The notes beneath the pieces are model-generated. The model saw only the letters and a program-made list of their open reading frames with translations, had not been told where the DNA came from and searched no databases. The translations under genes and the position numbers were made by a program. 64,000 nt of DNA from a virus (lineage: Duplodnaviria > Caudoviricetes). Every line of letters begins with the position of its first letter. The stretch's first letter is position 1. The stretch spans positions 1-64,000 of the IMG/VR virus record IMGVR_UViG_3300020112_000604. The stretch is one strand, 5' to 3'. Below, piece by piece: positions 1 to 11,600 of this stretch.

Positions 1-2
1 GA

Positions 3-3000
3 GCCTCTAATTTCGAAAATAATGAATCTCAGGAATTCGTCATTCCTGATGAAATAAACGGCAAGCCTGTAATAAGCTTAGCTGATGGCTTTATGTACAA
101 TACGGCTGACGCCATCGGTCACGTTACTATTGGTAAAAACGTAACGCACATCGGAAACTTCTTCCTTAGCAATCCGTTTATGATATACGGTTGCAATATT
201 GACAAAGTTCAGTATCCATTGGAAGTTACATTCGGAAACGAATTAACACCTAATGTATCTGTCGGTATGTACGTATTCGCATGGAGAATGATTCCACACG
301 TTTTATACATTCCTGAAGCATGGGGCATTCAGTATCCTAAGGGATGGAATACATTCGGTGCAACAGACATTTCATTATCTTCTTCTGGCACACCTATTGG
401 CGGAAGCTACGGATTATCTAGAAATAAAGATGAAGTTGAATATGGCCCATTTGCTGTGTATGACACCGCAACTGATGATAGTTCGGCCAGTTTATCTACA
501 TATACACCAAAAGAACAGAATGTTGAAGTATCCGGTGTAATTCGTAAACTTACGTTCAAACCGTGGGATACGAATATAACTGCGGAAAATACTTTATATG
601 GAGCTGCATACGTAATTGAACCGGATGATGAATACGCATTTGGCAAAAATATAAAAACACTGTGCTTGCATCCACATCATTTGGTTATCAGACCTTTAGC
701 AGATGATCCGGATAAAGACTGGCGAAATTCCAAAGTTACTATCCCTGGTTGTGCTAGGTTTATCTCTATGTATAAACTTCCAAACACAACTCGTAACTAT
801 GAACCTGCATGTTTCGGAGTAATAGATGATGCAGTTCCTGATGCAACACATCGTAACAATTATTTCTGGTTATTCAATTCTTATTCACCTAACTACTATG
901 GCAGATGGCAGGGTCCATGTGATGCCTACGGCACTAAGTGGCTAAGTGATGCAGATCAGAGACTTCGCCGAATGGAAGCTGATTATTTTGCGGCAGATTG
1001 TGGTGCTAACCGTACATATTATGGTAGACAAGACCATTACGGATATCTGAAATTTGATCCCGTAGAAGCAGAACCCGGGGAAACAAATCCACGTCGTATA
1101 ATGGCAATTCCGACATGGATTCAGTTACATAGAGAACAGGAAGATTCTAATCTGAATTATCCATTAGTCTCGTTGCATCCAACGTACAAGAATGGTACTT
1201 CTGGTACAACTATGAACTATACTACATATGGTATAACAGGAAGTAACTACAAATACAATTACGGTTACATAACAATTCCAGCAAACACTACACTGGAATG
1301 TAACTTCATAAAGGCTTCGGATATTATATTTGAAGACGAATCAGCAATACTGACTCCAACATGGGGTTCAGGTGCTAACTGGCCGAGTCATCCGTTCCAT
1401 GCCGAAGTAAGCAATCATGAACGTTTTAATCCTACAAAATATATGACGTTAACCGGCGAATCGTGGGATGTTACTGACGTTGAAAATAATAGTAATAATA
1501 GTTTGCCATCATTCCGAAACGCTAGTGCTACATCTTCATCGGGCGCGATGGCTTATTATCTCACACGTAATCCGGAAGCTCGAGGCGGTTATATGCTGTT
1601 CGACTATATGGACAATGCTGTTGGTAATGCAACGGACACATCGCATACAAATGAATGTGCCGATACACCATTAAGCGAACGTGTATATCGTGCTGATTGT
1701 ATTGAAAGCAAATTGATAAGTACAACCCTCGGTTCGGTTGGACGTATTCCGCATACTAAGATACTATATCTTCAGAATCCTGGAGATGGTAATGGTATGA
1801 AATGGTGGAATGGAATTTACTGCTACGCTAGAGTAAAGGTATATCCACTTAAGCTTAAATCGTATGCGGATTCTGATGGACTAGTATTTGACAATCCTTT
1901 ACGTCCATACACACCGGTTCCGATAAATCAGCCATTAACATCGGCCGATTGTAAATACAAGTACACAACGTCGGCAAATATATTAAACGTTTGGTGGGGA
2001 TTCTCTGAATGTCAGATGATATCATCAACAAATGCAAACTTGAATACAATGTATCCATCGTCCGGTGCACCATCGTCATCGTCGTACAACACGGTAGCAA
2101 TGGATAACATGGCGGGTTGGTGTATATATCTTCCGGAACTTATCACTGATAATCCTGACTTGGTATTGTGTAACGTGTTTAATCAGGCCGGAATGGTGCA
2201 TCCGTATGCGGTGTCGAGACGTGTAGGATTTAACTACATAAACTTACCAGCATATATCGGAAGTAGTTCGTACGGTACATCTCGCTGGAAGAACACGGTT
2301 TGTATCACTTTCGGACTTGGTACTGAACGTATTGAAAAGGGGGCTGTTCATGGAGGTTCAAGTATAACCCAGATACCGCCTACATGTAATTTTGTCGAAG
2401 CTGAAGCTATTACATTGTGGTATGAAGCATTGGCATACGCTGCAGTTCCTGAAAACTGCACAGTTGAAACCAATGCTTTCCGACGATATAATTCTAATAG
2501 CCAGAAGTATAACGGTGTGACTGCTATGAAAGTATATAAATATCGCACGACCAACAATATGGAAGACGCGTATACATATACTAAGGACTCAGCTACAATG
2601 ACATGTACGATTGCCAACGTTAATCAAAACTACTGGCAGTGTTGTGAAACTGACTCATATGCTAAGACTCTGTTTAAAACCCACATAGGCACATTATTAA
2701 TGCCATCTGTTACATCTGATGGATACACCGTAACAGCAATTGCTGCACCATCAACAGCAGGTTTCTTTAATCAGTATTATACCAGAGTATCAGAAGTATT
2801 TGTACCGGATACAATAACTGCAATACCTAACAACTTTTTACGTGGTTCACGTTTTATGTGTAAAACAAATATCCCAGCAGGCGTTACAAGCATTGGTGAC
2901 TACGCTTATTATCAAACCGATCACATGAATGTAATGGATATTCAGGCTGAGCACATCACATCGGTCGGAAAATATGCGTTCATGCGTTGCGGATATATGC

Positions 3001-4883
3001 TTTTATCACTCGACCCGTCAACTCTTACTACTGAGAAAACCGAGCCATATTGCTACCATTACCTGTATCAAGCTGGCCGCGGTCATCTTAGACATGAACA
3101 TGCTCCGTACCGTGGAGCACACAGCTTTAAGATGACGGATGAAATTACCAGTATCGGGGATTACGCGTTTGCTTACTCAAACGTATTACGGGGAGCAATC
3201 AAACTTCCAGAAAACTCATCATTTACTGCAGTTCCTCAACGTTGCTTCCTTGGTGCGGGCGGTATTACAGAAATATCAATGGGCTCAAATATTACGTCTA
3301 TCGGATTGTACGCATTTTCTGCAATAGATACTCTCGAAAAGATTACAATCCCAGCTACCGTAACTAAATGTGAAACAAACTTTGCATTGTGCTACGACTT
3401 AACAGAAGCTCATATCTTATGCCCACCACCTACAAATGCTAACGTTGGCAAAACATATTTTGCTCATTGCGAATCATTACGTAAGGTCGAAATTCCGCAG
3501 TTCACAACGTTGTACGAACAGATGTTTTCAGGTTGTTCATCTCTCTTCAGATTAGACTTCTATGGAACCAGAATTAAGCAGTACGCATTCATACGTTCAA
3601 ATATCGAAGAACTTCATATTTACAACGACTGTATTGTTGAAAGGCTTGCATTCTATGAAGCACCTAACCTTAAGAGAATCATTACACACAATGGCGCTAA
3701 ATTGACATTTGATACGGCTTGTTTAAACTCTCACTACAACAACGCATCAGTTCTCTCAGATCTGGCAGGCAATATTAGCATCTTGGAAAAGATGGATCCG
3801 GAGTCATATCAATTTAGTTGTATAACAACAACTAATTCGAATTACAGCAACACCAATACATGTGGTATTCCTGGCGTTGATGGAGACTTTGTTGATAAAT
3901 TAATTGCCGAGACTGGCACAACTCTGATTCCGCAGTCAATTAGTGAGACAACACTCACGTCTGGAATTAAACGTAATCCGATTTTCTATCGTACCTGCGA
4001 CGTGTTCAAATCTGTGCTTAAACAAAAAGAAACACATGACCATTCATACCCAGAATCGATTGTTGTAAGTGCTGATTTCGCTACTAGCAAGTGTTATAAC
4101 GTTATGCTATCATATAATACGACATATCCGGCTAATGACGATTTTATCGGACATAATGAATTTATGCCAGATTATAATCGTACATGCAATATCGAATTGT
4201 TTAGGCTTGCCCAGTTCCAGTTTGCTGAGTCCGGATTTACAAATATTAAGTGGTCCGAGGGTGATGACATATCATCATCGGTAAAGGCTATAAAGAATAT
4301 GCTTATTCCTTCATACTTTAATTCGCATGGCATCATCACAGAATCTCAGGTAAACCGTCTATGCTCACTATGTACAGGCGTAAATAACTTTGCATTCAAT
4401 CATCATGGTGACTATTTCGAAGACGGTGCACTGGTTGAAATACTCGATGCCGACGGTAATGACGCTCATCTTAAAAACCTGGTAATAAATTCTAATCATA
4501 CAGAGGCAGCTTACTATTACATAGGTTCAGGCGCATTTGTCGGAATATATAGTCTCGAAACGGTAAACGTTACAACAACTTCTCCGTATATCTATCTCTT
4601 TGGAATGGCATTTGGATTCTGTCCGAATCTTGAAAGCATTGAATTCAATTCTCCGGTTTACATAGCAGAAGAGAAAACCGGTGTCGGTTCTTGGACATTC
4701 GCACATTGTACAGGTCTTAAAACCGTTGTTTTCAATGGAGGATTTACATCTACAACTCAGTCGTCTTTCGTACGCGGTATGTTTGAAGGATGTGAGTCAT
4801 TAGAATCAATCACGGTTCCAACCGGAACGAGCACAGCTATAACTGGCACTTTCCCTGAAGGTGTGGAAATAATTTATATATAA
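3..4883 (+). CDS. Giant BspA/TpLRR-type leucine-rich-repeat protein, candidate receptor-binding or fibre protein; 5' end lies outside the window
   Basis: The frame is open from base 3 and includes the BspA N-cap-like IPDEINGKPVISL. Many LRR_5-type repeats follow (IPAGVTSIGDYAY, ITSIGDYAFAYS, ITSIGLYAFSAIDTLEKITIP, FAHCESLRKVEIP, FEGCESLESITVP). Confidence 0.75.
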   Translation, partial: ASNFENNESQEFVIPDEINGKPVISLADGFMYNTADAIGHVTIGKNVTHIGNFFLSNPFMIYGCNIDKVQYPLEVTFGNELTPNVSVGMYVFAWRMIPHVLYIPEAWGIQYPKGWNTFGATDISLSSSGTPIGGSYGLSRNKDEVEYGPFAVYDTATDDSSASLSTYTPKEQNVEVSGVIRKLTFKPWDTNITAENTLYGAAYVIEPDDEYAFGKNIKTLCLHPHHLVIRPLADDPDKDWRNSKVTIPGCARFISMYKLPNTTRNYEPACFGVIDDAVPDATHRNNYFWLFNSYSPNYYGRWQGPCDAYGTKWLSDADQRLRRMEADYFAADCGANRTYYGRQDHYGYLKFDPVEAEPGETNPRRIMAIPTWIQLHREQEDSNLNYPLVSLHPTYKNGTSGTTMNYTTYGITGSNYKYNYGYITIPANTTLECNFIKASDIIFEDESAILTPTWGSGANWPSHPFHAEVSNHERFNPTKYMTLTGESWDVTDVENNSNNSLPSFRNASATSSSGAMAYYLTRNPEARGGYMLFDYMDNAVGNATDTSHTNECADTPLSERVYRADCIESKLISTTLGSVGRIPHTKILYLQNPGDGNGMKWWNGIYCYARVKVYPLKLKSYADSDGLVFDNPLRPYTPVPINQPLTSADCKYKYTTSANILNVWWGFSECQMISSTNANLNTMYPSSGAPSSSSYNTVAMDNMAGWCIYLPELITDNPDLVLCNVFNQAGMVHPYAVSRRVGFNYINLPAYIGSSSYGTSRWKNTVCITFGLGTERIEKGAVHGGSSITQIPPTCNFVEAEAITLWYEALAYAAVPENCTVETNAFRRYNSNSQKYNGVTAMKVYKYRTTNNMEDAYTYTKDSATMTCTIANVNQNYWQCCETDSYAKTLFKTHIGTLLMPSVTSDGYTVTAIAAPSTAGFFNQYYTRVSEVFVPDTITAIPNNFLRGSRFMCKTNIPAGVTSIGDYAYYQTDHMNVMDIQAEHITSVGKYAFMRCGYMLLSLDPSTLTTEKTEPYCYHYLYQAGRGHLRHEHAPYRGAHSFKMTDEITSIGDYAFAYSNVLRGAIKLPENSSFTAVPQRCFLGAGGITEISMGSNITSIGLYAFSAIDTLEKITIPATVTKCETNFALCYDLTEAHILCPPPTNANVGKTYFAHCESLRKVEIPQFTTLYEQMFSGCSSLFRLDFYGTRIKQYAFIRSNIEELHIYNDCIVERLAFYEAPNLKRIITHNGAKLTFDTACLNSHYNNASVLSDLAGNISILEKMDPESYQFSCITTTNSNYSNTNTCGIPGVDGDFVDKLIAETGTTLIPQSISETTLTSGIKRNPIFYRTCDVFKSVLKQKETHDHSYPESIVVSADFATSKCYNVMLSYNTTYPANDDFIGHNEFMPDYNRTCNIELFRLAQFQFAESGFTNIKWSEGDDISSSVKAIKNMLIPSYFNSHGIITESQVNRLCSLCTGVNNFAFNHHGDYFEDGALVEILDADGNDAHLKNLVINSNHTEAAYYYIGSGAFVGIYSLETVNVTTTSPYIYLFGMAFGFCPNLESIEFNSPVYIAEEKTGVGSWTFAHCTGLKTVVFNGGFTSTTQSSFVRGMFEGCESLESITVPTGTSTAITGTFPEGVEIIYI

Positions 4884-4896
4884 TTTGTGGTGTTTT

Positions 4897-4933
4897 TGTT
4901 CGGGTAGAATTAGATTTCTACCCGAACATTTTT
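4897..4933 (+). terminator. Intrinsic terminator whose 3' arm overlaps a late promoter
   Basis: TGTTCGGGTAGAA / TTCTACCCGAACA stem followed by TTTTT. Confidence 0.7.
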
Positions 4934-4936
4934 ATA
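4925..4936 (+). promoter_or_regulatory. Late (non-virion RNAP-type) promoter
   Basis: AACA-TTTTTA-TA directly upstream of the GGAGGT SD; matches the AR9-type late consensus AACA-N6-TA. Confidence 0.7.
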
Positions 4937-4952
4937 ATTGGAGGTGGTCATT

Positions 4953-5684
4953 ATGGCATCAGCAAGCCGTGTAAAAAGAGGATTGTTGTCATATGTATAT
5001 GACGATACTACTAAAACGCACACATTGACGTCGAACTATCCTTTGTATTCACCTAATCGCGAGGTGGTTATGTATTTTACACCAACGCACGATTATTCGC
5101 CGAAGGATAAAATAAAAATAAATGGTAAAGCTTACAGTGCATGCGGATACGACGGAGCAGATTTAGAAGAGGGCTTCTTCACAGCATTTGCTACCCAGTC
5201 TACATACAAGAATATCATCGAATGCAAAATCGTTCAGAATGAAGGGCTTGTGTACATGAACAAACTCGTAATCGACGAGTTAACGGAATTAACCGTAAAG
5301 GGAGAAAATCATACTGTTGACATCGTTAATAGCGAATATCGAACGTTAGTTTCGTTCGATTTTATTGGTGCACCTAGCTATGGAAACAACATAGCCGTAG
5401 CTATAATCAATTTCTCTATAACCAACAGTGACAGATATACATCGTATCTTGATTATCAATTATACGTAAATGACGAATTACAGCCTTTCGAACCAAAGTC
5501 ATCATTTGGTAAACTGGACGAAATCGTTCCAGTTAATTTTTTGGTGCCAATCAACGTTGCTAACGTTGGTTTGTGTAACGTAACTCTTAAAGCCAAAACG
5601 CCGGCAGCCGAGGTAAACGTTGCTGTTAATACATCAAATTTAACTATGGCATTAAAGGGAATAAACCTTTATAATATCGTGTAA
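4953..5684 (+). CDS. Beta-rich virion/tail-fibre-associated protein
   Basis: ATG 4953 follows GGAGGT. The gene sits between the two LRR genes, and its N-terminal segment resembles the N-terminus of the next ORF. Confidence 0.5.
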   Translation: MASASRVKRGLLSYVYDDTTKTHTLTSNYPLYSPNREVVMYFTPTHDYSPKDKIKINGKAYSACGYDGADLEEGFFTAFATQSTYKNIIECKIVQNEGLVYMNKLVIDELTELTVKGENHTVDIVNSEYRTLVSFDFIGAPSYGNNIAVAIINFSITNSDRYTSYLDYQLYVNDELQPFEPKSSFGKLDEIVPVNFLVPINVANVGLCNVTLKAKTPAAEVNVAVNTSNLTMALKGINLYNIV

Positions 5685-5692
5685 GGGAGGGA

Positions 5693-8600
5693 ATGAGATT
5701 GTACGGAAATTTATCTCATGACAATAAAATAGGCAATAAGCACTATTTTACTATAGACATAGATGTGTCAACCAAACCCGTATTTATAGAAGCTGCGTTC
5801 TTAGCAAACTATCAGTACGAATCTGGTGACACAGCTAGTGTAAACAATGTCGACTATGAACTTACTGCAACTCCGGCAGTAGATCAGTTATTCAATATGA
5901 ATGAAGTTGTTACTTGCTGCATAGATATGAAGAACAAGAAGTTACTTGTTATCAACACACATAAAGCGAGCTTCGACGCATTCTACGTTTTTAATAAATT
6001 TGACGAAACAGATCGAACCCTTGGTAGTACCGACAGCAAGGTGAGTATGTTCGCAAAAGAGATTTCTATTCCAAAGGGACTGGACGGTGAAGATATGACC
6101 ACAGATATAAAAATCGGCGGTTCTATTTACATAAACTCTCAGTTCTCTTATGAACCGGAATATGGCACGGGTCCTAACGAAATAGGACTTCAAAGGTTCA
6201 CTTCTACATCATATCAAAGATGGGGGGTATTTGTTTGTAATATCGACGGAATCGAGCATAAGATTCCGTTTACCGTAACTCACAGAAATGAGTCTGCCGT
6301 ATTTGAAAAGTGCTTCACTATTAAAACCGGTAATCACTCAATTAAACTTGACGTATGGTATTCAAACTATAATTCCTTAACATCAAACAGCTTGACCTCA
6401 TATTTCATGGGTTCGAATATTGTTGTTATGCCATCATCCAATCTTGAAATAATTGCATTAGCCAAATCGGAGGATGCACCATTGGAAGGCTGGGTAATCG
6501 GCACACATGACCTTGAACTCGATGAGATCAAAGTACCAGATTTAATTCCAGGAACTACAATTCCAATTGTTGGCTCTATATATGGTGCAAGTGATTGTAG
6601 CTGGTCATCAATCACTAATGACAGCTATAACGTTCCTCGTATACGATACTGGAATCCTGAATGGGGAACTGGTACGGCTAATGATAAGAAGCTTACTATG
6701 CAGTCACTTATAAATAAGAACAGCAGTTACAATTACGCGTTCAGTAGTTCTACCAATATGAAAAATCTCAGAAAAATCACATTCGGTAGAAATACCCAGA
6801 TATGTGTTGTCGATTACAACGCATATCAGTATGGTAACAGTAGTGCAAATCTTTACTCCGGATTACCGATATTAGATTTTTCGAAATGTAAAAGTATCAA
6901 GGTCTTAGGTCCACAGGATTCATACTATTCGTACTACGGTGCACGTTATTCTGAAGATATAATGGCAAATTTAACTGCAGACGAATTTGGAATATACTCC
7001 GAAGAGATTTCGGTTTCAATGGACCCAGCGTTTGCATTAATAACGTCATGGCGAACATTGACAAATCATTATGTCGGTTCTGTATCTTTGTGTGCGAAAG
7101 ACTATAGCGGTATTATGGAAGACCGATTCGTCGAATCGTGGCTCGACTTAAATATAAATGGTCAAACCGAAAAGCTTGCTGTATTTACACCAGGCAGTTC
7201 TCCATCACATTCAACGTACAACTATCATGGTTATCGTTCAATTCGAAATCTGCATGTCACATCGAAAAACTTCATTATTCTGCCATATCTGAATAATGAC
7301 ATTTTACCTAACGGCAATAGATTACCTAATACAGATGCCAGATTTGATGAGCAGTGGTTCAACCTGTCACAAAAAAATCCAGAAACGTGCACAGACTTAT
7401 ACAGTGTTATGACGCCAAACATGTTTCCGAAAAACGTATCAAGTCTATACACAAATACAGCATATGTTAACATTAACCTTACCAATGCATCAGAAGACGA
7501 ACGAATTCATGTTAAATACGAATTTGACGGAAATCTTTCGTTACTTGGTTATAATGCGTATGCATATTTATATTTATTTGGTGTATCACGTTATAACATG
7601 TACAACACAATGTCACAGTACATTAATCCGTACATTTATGTAAACCACGACATAACCTTTAAAATTCATGGTTCATTCTACGCAATTAATAGAAACAAAA
7701 GCAATGCTTACTACTTCACAAATACAGACTGTCTGCTGACTAACTTAAATCCATTGGAAGGCAGCACCAGCCCTAATAGAAGCGTTTATCGTCCGTATTA
7801 TGGTTCATCCATTAACAAAACACGAACTTCTGGAGATTACTGGTTATATGGTATCAAAGGCCTGTATGAATGGCAGCCAAACAATAATTCGTGGACGATA
7901 TACGACATGTTATACCAGTTAAACGATGCAGATCACAAACGCAATATTCCTATGAAGATAGAAATTGATGGAAACTTTTATTTACCTAATGTATATTTCT
8001 ATCTCAGCACAACGTATCGTTCATCCGGCTCATGGGACCCGTATTGGAATGACTATGTTAACCATCCAGAAAATGTAGTACTGGCTCGCGTTAAAGGTAG
8101 CTGGATAGGTTTTCCAGACCTATTCGCTGTTAATAACCGGTCAACACATCGTTCATACGTTGGTCCGAATTCTTCGCACGTAACCTCATGGTCACTTAAT
8201 AACACCCCGTATTCCGAAGAAATTATCACCAATGGTATACATGGTAAGAATGTCAACGGAGATCCTATTCATCCATACGAAGTGCATGTTGACCAGAATG
8301 CGGTTCTTACGGCTGGATATGTGTATTTCAACTATGGTAACTACAATACTATATTCTTCTGTGACAAGATTGCTGGAGGATTGAGAAACTATTGTATGGG
8401 AGATGGTTCAAGATCATACGTTGCGGTAAACTCATTCATGATGTATCCAGAGTATTTCCATACAACAAAGAATGGTACAATAAACTTTACAGGATTTGCG
8501 GACGGTGCAATACTAGGAACACAGGTACTTCAGGATAGAGTGCTTCCAAAGGAACTCACTATAGATTTTTCTAACGTAAGTTACATTGGTACAGCATGTG

Positions 8601-11600
8601 TTCTGGCTTGTGCGTGTAGCGGTAACTTCGTATGGCCGACAGCAGAACAACCAGCTAAATGGATGTCTACACAGCCAGTTACTGGTGAGACTATTCATTG
8701 GGATTATCTTGAACTGGTATACGAGGCATATCAAGAAGCCATTGCTAACAATGAAGAAACGTTTAGCGTTGATGAAAATAAATATAAAGAGTATATTATC
8801 ATTCCGAGCATTGATTTCAACGGCGAAATCGTTGGTTCAATAAACGGCAGGATTCTGCTCAGAAAGTATCATGGTATCCCTACAGAAACGTTAGACATAG
8901 ATACTTGGTTTGATTCAACCATGAACGACTTAACGCATACGATAATAACAGCAGATGACGAATTCTTCACCAATATATACTCAGTTGATGGCTACGACAC
9001 ATCTGCATACTCGAACAGCGGATACTTTAATGAAAACGACGATTATAAACGCACAACCTATGGTAATTTAACACCAGAACAGTTTAACGACAAATTCAAA
9101 ACTAGAATTGGTACATACACAGCATACGAATATCACGGTGTTACATCAAACATTCTCGCATTTAAGTATGCAGGTAAGATGGTTGGTGATATTGAATTCC
9201 CAACATACACAATTGGTGAATGTGTCAAACATCTCACATCATTTGCGTTCTTAGGTCTTCCAGTACGTTGCAAAACCGGAGACGACGCTAACTTCCAGTT
9301 CAAAGAAATCAATCTTCCTAACGTTAAAACAATCGGTGAATGGGCATTTGCGTTCGGCGTATGGCGTGGTGAAGACGATGAAGTTGTTAGCGAAGGCGTT
9401 GTAAACTATTCAGTTGGAACCGAACTCGTTAAAAAGGTAACAGTTGGTCTCGATACTTGGTGGATTGACTACAACCCGAACGTAAACGAATTCGTTGTAC
9501 CGGAGCACAATACACACTTCGTAATTCAGGATGGATATATCTATTCATCAGATATGAAGATTCTCTTCCGTGCGGTAAACAATACAACTATTCGTTCATA
9601 TACTGCAGCGGATGGACCAGTTACAATTCCACCAACAATAGAATTGATTATTGATCCTACAGCATTAGCTTATGACCAGCGTATAACAAAAATGGAATTT
9701 ACTAGTGCATCAAAACTCGCAACAGGAATGAGACTTATGCCTCCAAACCTGAGGTCAATTGTGCTTCCATCGGATACATCTCTGGCTATAGATTCACTTC
9801 CAAGCAATTGTGAATTCAGAATCATAGACGTTGGCGGTACTAACTCAATTTACTATCAGCCAGTTGGTGGCTTAGCTAGTGAGGTTTATTCACCAACAGG
9901 CCCATCAGCATATCAGACATCATATCTCCGTAAGACCTATACCGGATTTGCATCAGACTACACTACTTTAACAGACTTAGCTTTACCTAATCTGAAATCT
10001 GTTGATGGTAAAACTTATCATACATTGGCGGACTACGGACGTATAGGTAACACAACATATGCTGAGCATCATTTCTACGAATCGTATAGTGTGCTACCAA
10101 CAGAAGGTTATGACGAGGCTAGATATGCATTAGGTAATGGTGGAGGCTCATTCTACTCCGGTGCGATTTACGCCAAATCAACCGAATATTGTTATACAGA
10201 TAACTACAACGTTATTTACTTTAAGCCAAATACTGACGGTACACCAACTAGATTAAATCTGGATAATCGCTGCTCAGTTTATAACTGTGATCGTGAACTG
10301 GATATTCTTGGTGTTAATTCTTCAATGGCACATCCATTATGGATAAGCGGCAATATAAAACAATTTGCGATAGTTTCGACAAGTGGCGAAACAACGTACA
10401 CCGTGTCAGACGATGGTAAGTCATTATACTACTTAGGCAGTTTAATGCATGTCGTTACAAATGAACCAATTGATGAATATCATATAACTACACATGTATG
10501 GCCTGGCGCATTCTACGGTTGCACAATCGAAAAGCTTTACATTGATATTACTGCACCAGATATAACGGTAGACAATCCTCTGGGTGCTACAGACGGTTCA
10601 TTCACACAGCGTGTACCTATTCCTCATGAATGGTATGGTTTATTTAAGGGTGCTAAGATTAATAAGTTGTATTTCAACTATAGTGATCTTACTGCTATAA
10701 CTATGCCGGCATATACCAAGAGTACAGGTACGTACGCACTTACTGAAAGAACTGCTATGGCTACACCATTGTGGAAGGCTTCTAAGTATGAAGACGCACA
10801 TATAAACGAAATCCATATCATCGGATTAACCCAGGAAATTCTGGATAACGATACATTGACATTGAATCCATCAATATATGGTGAAGGCATTACATGGTCA
10901 ATACTCACAGGATTATGTCCAGTACAAGTCAAATATGACCCAGCTACGGATAAATACGTGTATAGAGACCCGGTTGTATATCTCGATACCGAAGACGTGT
11001 ACTTTACTAAGATGAACCGTAATATGGGATTCGGCGTTAAGTGGCACAATGCAGCAGAAATGTTTAAAAATGTCAAATACGCATGCCCGGGTGCATGTCC
11101 AAGTGAGCCAATCAACCGTCATATAATTCATGGCGCTAAGATTGATAATAATAATTACGACCTCTACTACTTCTGGAATGGTGCATTCGTGTTTATCAAT
11201 GGCGATAGACAAAATGTATCTATTAAGTATGCAAGAATAGGACGTGATGGATTATTCATTAGCGGTAATCCGACATCTCTTACGCTTGATAAAATTGGTT
11301 CAGGCAAATGGCGATTTGAAGATACATGGGAAACCATATTCTACAGTAACCGTGCACCTTATGGATGGGAAAATGCTGATACCGTAACTACGGATCAGCT
11401 TTACACTCAGATGCGCGTAAACACAATCGAAAAATTTGATAAACTTCATTTTAACTTATCTGAAGTGGAAGACGGGGCACTCGAAATATGCCGTGGTTCT
11501 TTCTCGGAAGGATATGAAACCCCTATTAACGGTGACCCAAGTTCACCACGAACACATCATTGGCCTCAACATGGTTACGCTGACGTAGCTATTCGTATAT

